Shown: positions 24,133 to 32,000 of the stretch, piece after piece
Position numbering within the stretch: position 1 is the stretch's first letter
How the letters are laid out: the number at the start of each line of letters is the position of its first letter
Assembly: GCA_030604855.1 (NCBI GenBank)
Contig: JAUVVC010000004.1
Span: 30,001 to 62,000, forward strand
Length of the DNA: 32,000 nucleotides
Direction of reading: 5' to 3'
From: Erysipelotrichaceae bacterium
GTDB taxonomy: Bacteria > Bacillota_I > Bacilli_A > Erysipelotrichales > Erysipelotrichaceae
Made by a program: the position numbers and the translations under genes
Notes under the pieces: model-generated
What the model saw: the letters and a program-made list of their open reading frames with translations, nothing else
What the model was told of the DNA's origin: nothing
Database searches by the model: none

Positions 24133-24999
24133 TTATCCTCCCTTAATACGGGGAAACAGCTTCGGTCCCAATTCGATCGTCACTACCGCAAGCACCATAA
24201 AACTGCCTCCAATAAAAATATTTATCGTAAAGGGTTCATTTAAGAAAATGATTGCCCCTAAACTCCCAAACAACGCTTCCATGGTCAGGAATAAACCAGC
24301 TGCCGTCGGCTTAACATGTCTTTGACCATAAAGTTGTAATAGAAAAGCCAAACCACTGCTCATCAAACCTGCATAGGCGACATAAATGTATCCACCACTT
24401 GGAATGGTTTGATTAAGTAGAAATGAAAAGATAAAACCAAAGAGACTCATCGTATAGGATTGAACCACCGAAACAGACATCACATCATTGAAACGCGCCA
24501 AACGCCCTAAGAAGATGATGTGTAATCCAAACATCCACGCACTTCCCACAAGAAGGACATCCCCTAAACGTAGGCTGAAACCTTCATGCAAAGTCAGAAA
24601 GCCTGTCCCCACAACGCCAAAGAAAATAGCCATAATGACACTGAAGCTTGGTTTCTGTACCTTCCACAACATGATGGGAATGAACACCACATAAAGTACC
24701 GTGATGAACGAAGAATTGCTCACGGTGGATAATGCTTGCCCATACGTCTGCAATGCCATACCGATAAACATGATGAAGCCCGCCAAAGCACTCTCAAATA
24801 ACAACTTTCCATTGAACCAGAACTTACGCTTATACGCAAAGATCATTAAAGCCGATCCTGCAAGCAAACCGCGCACACCTAAAAGGTTGAAAGGGGTCCA
24901 TCCGAAGTCCATCGCCTTTTCAACAGCTATGAAACTGACTCCCCAAAGGAAGGCAGCCATGAATAAGGCCATTTTTCCGTACAGTTCTTGATTTTTCAT
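24133..24999 (-). CDS. EamA/DMT superfamily transporter (10 TM)
   Basis: 288-aa hydrophobic ORF with a two-fold 5-TM organisation and EamA-like segments (FLWGVSFIAVEKAM, LLGVRGLLAG, GLMSSGLAFLLQLYGQRHV). Confidence 0.85.
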   Translation of the reverse strand: MKNQELYGKMALFMAAFLWGVSFIAVEKAMDFGWTPFNLLGVRGLLAGSALMIFAYKRKFWFNGKLLFESALAGFIMFIGMALQTYGQALSTVSNSSFITVLYVVFIPIMLWKVQKPSFSVIMAIFFGVVGTGFLTLHEGFSLRLGDVLLVGSAWMFGLHIIFLGRLARFNDVMSVSVVQSYTMSLFGFIFSFLLNQTIPSGGYIYVAYAGLMSSGLAFLLQLYGQRHVKPTAAGLFLTMEALFGSLGAIIFLNEPFTINIFIGGSFMVLAVVTIELGPKLFPRIKGG

Positions 25000-25007
25000 A
25001 GTTTAAG

Positions 25008-25027
25008 TTATAAACGTCATTTATAAT
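25008..25027. promoter_or_regulatory. Inverted repeat TTATAAA-N5-TTTATAA overlapping a TATAAT -10 box upstream of addB
   Basis: The 7-bp arms are 25008-25014 and 25020-25026. TATAAT is at 25022-25027. GAGGA SD is at 25036-25040 and the ATG at 25047. The context is AT-rich, so the match could be chance. Confidence 0.3.
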
Positions 25028-25046
25028 TATACTTGAGGACATCACG

Positions 25047-27680
25047 ATGGACAAGCACAATATCATAACAATAATTGCACAAAAACACGCTCAAAAAGCG
25101 GTGATTCGTCATCTTATCGATGAAGGATCGGAGCTCTTTGGGACCCGTGTTTTGAGCTTTGACAATTTCATCACACAAAGTTTGAAGTTGCCCTCGAATA
25201 TCGATATTTTTTGGCATGTGGTGGATATCATTCTCAAACACAAGTCTGAATTCAAGGTGCTTTCAAAGAGTTTGGATCACCCCAGTGCGGTCGATGAAAT
25301 TATTTCATTCATTCGTGAGATGGCAGAAGAAACCATCACGCTTCTTGACCTGCCCTCATCCACTAACAAGGATAAAGAACTTAAATATCTGATTGAGCTG
25401 ATCAATCCTGACGAGCATCCCAAAGCTCAATCGATTCAAGCCTTTAACAAACTTGAACATTTTGAACATGTGAAGATCGTTCCTTTTATCCAAACGTATC
25501 AGGAACGTCAACGCATCGAGCGCATGCTTAAGCATGGAGCGGTAATCATTGATCTTCCTCAAGTCTCAAGTATGTACCATGCTTATTACGCCAAGAATCC
25601 ACGTATGGAAGCATATGGGGTCGTACAAAGAATCGCTCAATCCAAGGTCAGTTTTGATAATATCTTGATTGTCTGTTTAGATTCAGAAATCATTGAACCG
25701 CTCACGAATTATCTCAAGCAACTTGATATTCCCTATACCCACTCGTCTTCAAAACCTTTGATCCAAGTTCGACAGTTCATCGACTGTCTTCAGTTTGCAA
25801 TCAAGCCGAGTCTGGAGAATCTGGTACGCATCCTTAAGAGCTCAATGATTCAAGATGCCCAGCTCCTTCAACTCTTAAAGTACATAGAAATCGCACACCC
25901 TTCCTTGGATGCATTTAGAATACCCTTCACGCATCTTCGTGACACCCTTTACGAGAATGACATTTGGGACAAACGATCGATTCGTCAATTGCTTGAGATC
26001 GAAATGAAGAGTGAACAACTCAGACCCCGATTACTACCTCTTCTCGAACTTGAATCGAATGAGGATGTCAAAGCCTTGCTCAAACAGGTGTATGCATGTT
26101 TCGCTCATTATTGCACGGATGCCATTGCGCTCAATCTGATCCGAACCAGCCTTCAGAATCATCTTCCTCATCTCAAAGATTTGAACCAGATTCCCTATCT
26201 GATCCATCAACTTGAACAGATTCAAAGTAATGAAAACACCGAGCAAGGTATTCAAATCGTAGGTTTGATGGATGCGATGATTCCTTACATGGAACAGACC
26301 TACATCATGGGATGCACCCAAAAGAACTACCCACAGTATCCTGTGCATCGCGGATTCTTTGATGAGGACTACTTCAACTGCTGCATTCAGGATGACCCTT
26401 CGCTTCGCTACCAATGGACCATCGAGCAGATGGAGCGGTCTTTTGAACTCGCCAACACAGTGACCTTTACCTATTCCGTTGGGAATTATGAGGGTAAAGG
26501 TTCTTCGCTCTCTTTTGAGATTGAAGACTTCTTAAAGCGTAAAGGAATCGAAAGATTTGAAGCCCTTCCCCTGCAAGAAGCAGATGTCTCATCCGATCGA
26601 GACTTCAAACTCGATCCAGAAATCGCCAAGCAGCTGTTCTTTAAGGAGAATGATTTATTTGGAAGTGTTTCCTCTTTTGAAAGCTTCTTCCGTTGTCCCT
26701 ACCAATACTATTTGAAAGCCGGCTTGAAACTCTATGTTCAGAAACCCTTTGAAATTGATAATTCATTGATGGGAACCATCGCCCATGCGGTCTTTGAACA
26801 CAGTGTCCGTAAAGCTCATAAAGAATACGCCAACTTTGGTCAGCGTCATTTAGATGCGCTTGTGGATCCCCTTTTCAATGACTTGAAGAAACTTTACCCA
26901 GCTCAAAGCTCAAAGATTGAAACGATCCAGATTCGCGCCAAAGAGTTGTTAATGGAGAGCCTCACACTCTTTGATCAAATTGAACATGCGACCGACTATG
27001 TACCTTTGGATGTGGAAGTCGAATTCAAGCAAAAACTTGAGTTGGATAAGGATAAAAACATCCAACTCAAAGGGTTCATCGATCGTGTCGATCAACGGGT
27101 TGACTATGTTCGAATCATCGACTATAAGAGCTCAAATAAAAGCTTGAGTCCAAAGTCAGTCTTGAGTGGCAATAAACTACAACTTCCCACCTATGCTTAC
27201 TTCGGATCGAATATCTTTAATAAAGAGGTTTCGGGCATCTACTACGCATCGTTTGGACAGAAGCGTTCGATATCCATAAAGCCAAGCAACTATTTAAAGA
27301 GCAAAGGACTAACCCTCTATACCCAAGAAGATCATCAATCCGACTACATAAAAGATCGCCAATGGGACGGTTATACTTTCAGTGATGTGGAAAAACAGGA
27401 TGAACAAGGACGCTTCATCAAAGGCTTTAAACGCAAAGGGGATGGAGTCGAGTCCAAGACCGTTCAATTCGAGCTCTTGAAACAAGCCTTATACGAACTG
27501 TATACACAACTTTACGATGAGCTTCGAATGGGTAACATTTCAAAGGATTGTGTTGAACACGCTTGTGATTTTTGCGACTACAAAGCCATCTGTCAGTTCA
27601 AAGGTGAAGCGAAGAAAGAACGAAATCGTACCAGCATTTCCTCATTGAGCGAAGGAGCCCAAAATGAAGCAGAGTCCTGA
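25047..27680 (+). CDS. addB: Helicase-nuclease complex subunit AddB/RexB (nuclease and Fe-S type, no Walker A)
   Basis: 877-aa ORF immediately upstream of addA and overlapping it by 17 nt. The RecB-family nuclease motif is GFIDRVD...IIDYKSS. The four-Cys pattern is FFRCPYQYY plus CDFCDYKAIC (CX2CX5C). No GxxxxGK[ST] motif occurs in the N-terminal region. Confidence 0.85.
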   Translation: MDKHNIITIIAQKHAQKAVIRHLIDEGSELFGTRVLSFDNFITQSLKLPSNIDIFWHVVDIILKHKSEFKVLSKSLDHPSAVDEIISFIREMAEETITLLDLPSSTNKDKELKYLIELINPDEHPKAQSIQAFNKLEHFEHVKIVPFIQTYQERQRIERMLKHGAVIIDLPQVSSMYHAYYAKNPRMEAYGVVQRIAQSKVSFDNILIVCLDSEIIEPLTNYLKQLDIPYTHSSSKPLIQVRQFIDCLQFAIKPSLENLVRILKSSMIQDAQLLQLLKYIEIAHPSLDAFRIPFTHLRDTLYENDIWDKRSIRQLLEIEMKSEQLRPRLLPLLELESNEDVKALLKQVYACFAHYCTDAIALNLIRTSLQNHLPHLKDLNQIPYLIHQLEQIQSNENTEQGIQIVGLMDAMIPYMEQTYIMGCTQKNYPQYPVHRGFFDEDYFNCCIQDDPSLRYQWTIEQMERSFELANTVTFTYSVGNYEGKGSSLSFEIEDFLKRKGIERFEALPLQEADVSSDRDFKLDPEIAKQLFFKENDLFGSVSSFESFFRCPYQYYLKAGLKLYVQKPFEIDNSLMGTIAHAVFEHSVRKAHKEYANFGQRHLDALVDPLFNDLKKLYPAQSSKIETIQIRAKELLMESLTLFDQIEHATDYVPLDVEVEFKQKLELDKDKNIQLKGFIDRVDQRVDYVRIIDYKSSNKSLSPKSVLSGNKLQLPTYAYFGSNIFNKEVSGIYYASFGQKRSISIKPSNYLKSKGLTLYTQEDHQSDYIKDRQWDGYTFSDVEKQDEQGRFIKGFKRKGDGVESKTVQFELLKQALYELYTQLYDELRMGNISKDCVEHACDFCDYKAICQFKGEAKKERNRTSISSLSEGAQNEAES

Positions 27681-30600
27681 ACAAATCGCAGCCATCAACA
27701 CATTGGATAAAAACATCTTGCTTTCAGCTTCTGCAGGTGCCGGTAAGACGACTGTTTTGGTTGCACGATTGATGAAGCGTATTCTTGACGATGGGGTCAA
27801 TGTGGATGAAATCCTTGCCATGACTTTTACCGATCTAGCGGCGACTGAAATGAAGAAGCGTTTGGCTAAACAACTTCAGATCGCCTACAAGGAAACAAAC
27901 GATCCACGGATCTACCGTCAAATCGCCCTCTTGACATCGGCGCGCATCTCAACGATCCATGCCTTCTGTCTTGGTTTGATTAAGGATTATGCCTATGTAT
28001 TGGGCATCAGTCAGAAGCGTTCGAACTCCATCCTGGATGAAGCAACTTCAACGATCTATAAAAATCAAGCGCTAGAATTGACTCTGAATGGAGCCTATTT
28101 AAAAGCGGATCCAGATTTCATTCAGTTATTACGTTTGCTTCAAAATCGTCCTGAAGATGATTCGAACCTCCGGACGATTATCTTAGATTTACAGGGGAAA
28201 CTAGAAGCGAAGTTGGATCCAAAGTCATGGCTGGCTTCCATTAAAAAAGCCTATCGTCGATATTCAAGTTTAGGACAATTGGGTGAACCCTTTCGTTCAG
28301 CTTTCTTCACAAGCTTGATGGATGACTTTTTACAGCTTAAGCAAAGCTTCGAAACCTACCAACAGAGCTTATCCTTCGATCAAATCAACAATGAAGCCAG
28401 TTACCACACACAGTTCATACAAAGTGAACTTCAAAGCACGCATCAAGCTCTATTGGATTTGGATTACAGCTCTTACTTAGAACACCTTCATACGCTTGCA
28501 AGTCGGCCAACGAAAGTTATCCGCGGACTGGATGATGTCGTAAAAAACAATCGCGAAGCTTACTATAAGCAACTCAAAGACAGTGTAGAGTCGTACTTCG
28601 ACGAACAGACGTATCTTGACGATATTGCACTGTTGGAAAAACCACTGTCCACACTCTTTGACTTGGTGATCCAATTTGGAGATCATTATCAAAACATCAA
28701 AGAAGAGGCTGAAGTATTGGACTTCTCCGATATGGAGAAGATGGCACTCAGTATCTTGAAGAATACCGAGTTCAATGTGGCAGAACAGTTGCGATCTAAA
28801 ATTAAAGATATTCTAGTGGATGAGTTTCAAGATTCCAACGAAGTTCAAGATGAACTTGTCCTCTCCATCAGTCGCGGCAATAATATCTTCCGTGTCGGAG
28901 ATGTCAAGCAATCCATCTATCGTTTCCGCAATGCCCGTCCTCAACTCATGAGTCGTTTGATGCAGTCTCAGGACCCCAACGATCTCACCTTATACCTCAG
29001 CAACAACTTTCGTTCCAAGGAAAGCATCGTGAAGTTCAATAATCAACTCTTTTCCAAGCTGATGAACATCGAAGGTTTGGAAAGTCATTATCATGAAAAA
29101 GACCATGTCAAAATTGGGAAACCCGACCAAATAGGGGGTTCTCCAATTGAACTTCATTTGATCGAGGATGTGGAAGATGAGGATGAATCCATCAAAGCAG
29201 ACCGCATCAAAGCCAATCACATTGCCCAAACAATTCTAAAATATCATACAGATCAAAGTTTTCCTCATTGGAAAGACATGGTCGTCCTCGTAAAATCCCA
29301 TCGTGCAAAGCTCGAACTTAAGAAGGCATTTGATCATTACCACATTCCCAACTTCATTGATGTCAAAGCAGGCTTCTACCTTTCTTCAAGTGTTCAAGAC
29401 GTTCTTCAAGTTCTACGTTTCTGCTTGGATCCCAGTGATGAAATCGCCTTGGTTGGAGTTCTTTTATCACAGTTCTTTGGCTATGACGAGAACTTCCTGG
29501 CTCAGTTGAGAATTGATTCTCCCTATTCGCTTCTTAATGGATTCAAAGCTCAAGAGCCTGAAGCTTATCAAGCCTTAATGGATCTAGTGAAGGCAAGCAC
29601 ACAGAACCTCAGTGCATTCCTCAATGTTTTGTATCAATTCAATGCTTATTACGATACTAAAATCGACACGCAACAGCGCACCAATCTCGATCTCTTGCGT
29701 ATGAAAGCTCAAGCGTTGGATGAAGAGAACTTCAGTATGATTGAATTCATTCAAATGGTTGAGATCATTCAAGATGAAAAGACATCTGAAGCCATACCGG
29801 TTTCACAAGATGATGATGTGGTCAAAGTATTGACCATCCATCAATCCAAGGGTCTGGAATGGCCGCTTGTCTTCGTTCTAGGCACCAAGCAATTCAAAGA
29901 CATGAGCACCAGCGGTCAAGTCCATTACGATAACGATATCGGCATAGGAATGGATACCGTCCTTCTGCCTCAACGCTTCAAACGAGATAACCCGATGACG
30001 ATGGCCATCAAACACAAGACTCTTAAAGAAGAAAAGGAAGAAGCCTTGCGTGTCTGGTACGTCGCTCTGACACGAGCTGAGCAGAAGCTGATTATTGTGG
30101 ATAAACATCATAAGAATTTGGAAGAAGAGAACTTAGATCTCAAGTTGATACTGGGCTCACGGGGCTATACTTTCTTAACCATGGCTGCGGCTAAGCAACT
30201 GGAAGCGGGATTCGAAGTCAAACTAATTTCTCCAGAGACGATTGAAGATCGTTATCATGTTCGTAAGGAAACAATGAATGCCTTTAAGTACGACAAACGT
30301 AAAGATGCTTCTCTACTTTTCAAACGTCCTTCAAGTCATGCGCATGTCTATGTCCCTAAGGCTTTAGAGCTCGAAAACTTTAATGATGGTAAGGAGCGTG
30401 GGACACGCCTTCATCACTTGATTGAACACTTACCGCTTCAAGGATGGACAAGTGATCTGATCCTTGAGCTTGATCCCACCTGTACACTCGATGAGATCGA
30501 AGCTCTGCTGGCCTTCCACAACAGTCCTTGGTATGGTCAGATGAAAACAATGGATGTGTACAAAGAGTTCCCTTTCATTCATCAAGACGGAAATGAAGTC

Positions 30601-30822
30601 CTCCGTGGTGTCTTAGATATGTTTGCGGTGGATGACCAACAGGTATACTGTGTGGACTTCAAGACGGATCGCCATTTGAATGAGTCCGAATTGATGAAGA
30701 TGTATCAATCTCAACTTGAAGCGTATCAAAAGGTGCTTCGTTCGATCTATCCCACGCACGAGCACCATACAGGAGTCTACAGTTTCAAACATCGAAAAAT
30801 CATAGAACTTAAAAGCGAGTGA
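27664..30822 (+). CDS. addA: ATP-dependent helicase/nuclease subunit AddA/RexA (UvrD-like SF1 helicase plus C-terminal nuclease)
   Basis: 1052-aa ORF. Walker A SASAGAGKTT, motif II ILVDEFQDSN, RFRNA, LTIHQSKGLEWPLVFV, YVALTRAEQKLIIV. The C-terminal nuclease motif is GVLDMFAV...VDFKTD. Confidence 0.92.
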   Translation: MKQSPEQIAAINTLDKNILLSASAGAGKTTVLVARLMKRILDDGVNVDEILAMTFTDLAATEMKKRLAKQLQIAYKETNDPRIYRQIALLTSARISTIHAFCLGLIKDYAYVLGISQKRSNSILDEATSTIYKNQALELTLNGAYLKADPDFIQLLRLLQNRPEDDSNLRTIILDLQGKLEAKLDPKSWLASIKKAYRRYSSLGQLGEPFRSAFFTSLMDDFLQLKQSFETYQQSLSFDQINNEASYHTQFIQSELQSTHQALLDLDYSSYLEHLHTLASRPTKVIRGLDDVVKNNREAYYKQLKDSVESYFDEQTYLDDIALLEKPLSTLFDLVIQFGDHYQNIKEEAEVLDFSDMEKMALSILKNTEFNVAEQLRSKIKDILVDEFQDSNEVQDELVLSISRGNNIFRVGDVKQSIYRFRNARPQLMSRLMQSQDPNDLTLYLSNNFRSKESIVKFNNQLFSKLMNIEGLESHYHEKDHVKIGKPDQIGGSPIELHLIEDVEDEDESIKADRIKANHIAQTILKYHTDQSFPHWKDMVVLVKSHRAKLELKKAFDHYHIPNFIDVKAGFYLSSSVQDVLQVLRFCLDPSDEIALVGVLLSQFFGYDENFLAQLRIDSPYSLLNGFKAQEPEAYQALMDLVKASTQNLSAFLNVLYQFNAYYDTKIDTQQRTNLDLLRMKAQALDEENFSMIEFIQMVEIIQDEKTSEAIPVSQDDDVVKVLTIHQSKGLEWPLVFVLGTKQFKDMSTSGQVHYDNDIGIGMDTVLLPQRFKRDNPMTMAIKHKTLKEEKEEALRVWYVALTRAEQKLIIVDKHHKNLEEENLDLKLILGSRGYTFLTMAAAKQLEAGFEVKLISPETIEDRYHVRKETMNAFKYDKRKDASLLFKRPSSHAHVYVPKALELENFNDGKERGTRLHHLIEHLPLQGWTSDLILELDPTCTLDEIEALLAFHNSPWYGQMKTMDVYKEFPFIHQDGNEVLRGVLDMFAVDDQQVYCVDFKTDRHLNESELMKMYQSQLEAYQKVLRSIYPTHEHHTGVYSFKHRKIIELKSE

Positions 30823-30836
30823 AGCCACTCGCTTTT
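30811..30836. terminator. Bidirectional terminator between addA and the convergent ABC exporter gene
   Basis: Perfect 11-bp stem AAAAGCGAGTG-AAGC-CACTCGCTTTT, with an A-run and T-run inside the arms. The addA TGA stop (30820-30822) lies at the stem/loop junction. Confidence 0.85.
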
Positions 30837-30838
30837 GA

Positions 30839-32000
30839 TTAGACAAACTGAGCCATATAGAGATGATAATAATGTCCTTTGTTTTGCATGAGTTGAGTAT
30901 GCGTTCCCTGTTCAACGACTTCCCCATCGTGAACCACCAGAATCAAATCCGCATTGATGATGGTGCTCAAGCGATGTGCAATGACGAAACAGGTTTTCCC
31001 ATGCATCAACTTTCGGGTTGCGGCTTGAATCCGCTTCTCAGTCAAGGTATCCACATTGGACGTGGCTTCATCAAAGATGACCATGGGTTTATCCGCCAAC
31101 ATGGCTCTGGCAATGGTGATCAACTGACGTTGGCCTTTTGAAATGTTGACACCGTCATCACTGATCAAAGTATCATAGCCGTTCTGCGTACGTTCGATGA
31201 AGTGATGAATATGCACTTCTTTCGCAATCCGGATCACTTCTTCTTTTGATACATGTTCATTACCATAGATCAAATTATCGTAGATCGATCCATAGAACAA
31301 CCATGAATCTTGAAGCACCATTGAAAACATTGAACGTAAGCTGTGTTGATTCATCGTTTTGATATCAACCCCATCCACTTCGATCGTTCCTTCAAGAACT
31401 TCATAGAATCGCATCAAGAGATTGATCAGCGTTGTTTTACCAGCACCGGTTGGGCCTACCACCGCAACCAAAGTTCCCGCTGGTATGTCCAGATTCACAT
31501 GTTTTAGTACAGGACGATGCTTATCATAAGCAAAGTTCACATCCTTAAACTTCACATGGCCTTTGACATCACTTATCGTTTGAGGATCTTCCATGATGTG
31601 TTCAATTGGTTCCTCTAAGACTTTAAAGACACGTTCCGCAGCCGCAAGGGTGGATTGAAGTTCCGCAATCATCGAAGCGGCTTCACTGATCGGACCAGAG
31701 AACTTTCGTGAATACAAGAGGAAAGATGAAATGTTTCCCAGGGTGATCGCTTGCAAGAGAAAGAGAATGGATCCAAACACCGAAATCAAGGTCATGGAGA
31801 TGTTGTTGATAAAGCCGACACTCGGACCCACGATGCTTCCATAGTAATCAGCTTTGTAATACGCTTCCGATGCATCATGATTCTGCGTCTTGAATGTTTC
31901 AAATATCGTATCTTGTGTGGCATAAGCTTTGATGGTTTTAAATCCCGACAGAGTCTCCTCAATGTATCCATTCAACATCCCCAGTTTTCGTGAACGTTCT
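30839..32000 (-). CDS. ABC exporter, fused permease/ATPase (MsbA/LmrA-like multidrug-type); the N-terminus lies beyond the right window edge
   Basis: The frame stays open past the track start (31978) to position 32000. Walker A GPTGAGKTT, Q-loop, signature ISKGQRQL, Walker B MVIFDEATS, H-loop VIAHRL. The upstream TMD segment GYIEETLSGFKTIKAY is typical of type I exporters. Confidence 0.9.
   Translation of the reverse strand, partial: ERSRKLGMLNGYIEETLSGFKTIKAYATQDTIFETFKTQNHDASEAYYKADYYGSIVGPSVGFINNISMTLISVFGSILFLLQAITLGNISSFLLYSRKFSGPISEAASMIAELQSTLAAAERVFKVLEEPIEHIMEDPQTISDVKGHVKFKDVNFAYDKHRPVLKHVNLDIPAGTLVAVVGPTGAGKTTLINLLMRFYEVLEGTIEVDGVDIKTMNQHSLRSMFSMVLQDSWLFYGSIYDNLIYGNEHVSKEEVIRIAKEVHIHHFIERTQNGYDTLISDDGVNISKGQRQLITIARAMLADKPMVIFDEATSNVDTLTEKRIQAATRKLMHGKTCFVIAHRLSTIINADLILVVHDGEVVEQGTHTQLMQNKGHYYHLYMAQFV

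Noticed and set aside
30613-30927. 104-aa minus-strand ORF spanning the addA 3' end, the terminator and the ABC exporter 3' end
   Set aside because: It crosses a perfect 11-bp terminator stem and overlaps two well-supported genes in other frames. It is spurious.
1-32000. Whole-window search by eye for CRISPR arrays, tRNA/rRNA, riboswitch or T-box leaders, toxin-antitoxin pairs and phage or IS genes
   Set aside because: I saw no regularly spaced repeats and no tRNA-like cloverleaf regions. Most intergenic gaps are under 110 bp and are explained by promoters and terminators. The only long gap (646-946) is treated as a finding. A computational scan (Infernal/Rfam, tRNAscan, CRISPR finders) would be needed to exclude small RNAs.

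Overview
This 32-kb window looks like a chromosomal segment from a low-GC Gram-positive (Bacillota-type) genome. Supporting signals are GGAGG-type Shine-Dalgarno sites, a CIRCE operator, a DegV pair, AddAB and PTS parts. I call 29 protein genes. I recognised no rRNA, tRNA, CRISPR array, transposase or integrase.

Gene order:
- htpG (-, partial, CIRCE-controlled)
- DEAD-box RNA helicase (+)
- a five-gene minus-strand block: DegV, DegV, Tyr phosphatase, two membrane proteins
- CoA-binding protein
- stand-alone GH1 6-phospho-beta-glucosidase
- GNAT acetyltransferase
- FbpA/AfuA-type ABC importer (binding protein, double permease, short ATPase)
- an AT-richer AAA_14/DUF4143 ATPase gene (-)
- a tightly packed minus-strand block: purB, GlmU-like nucleotidyltransferase, DUF871 (MupG-like), PTS EIIA (lactose/cellobiose family), murQ
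- yigZ and a HI0933-type flavoprotein (+)
- 5TMR-LYT/PAS histidine kinase with a REC-HD-GYP regulator (-)
- EamA transporter with a 267-aa protein of unknown function (-)
- addB-addA (+)
- ABC exporter (-, partial)

Most of the window is ordinary housekeeping or accessory metabolism. I cannot point to a clear complete novel multi-gene system.

The best leads are:
1. The atypical MurNAc-6P module with a GlmU-architecture enzyme and an orphan EIIA.
2. The 5TMR-LYT kinase wired to an HD-GYP output.
3. The DUF4143 ATPase gene preceded by two 23-bp palindrome-containing repeats exactly 40 bp apart.
4. The EamA plus unknown-protein pair.
5. htpG under CIRCE control.

All product calls rest on motifs I read in the translations. 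No database search was run.
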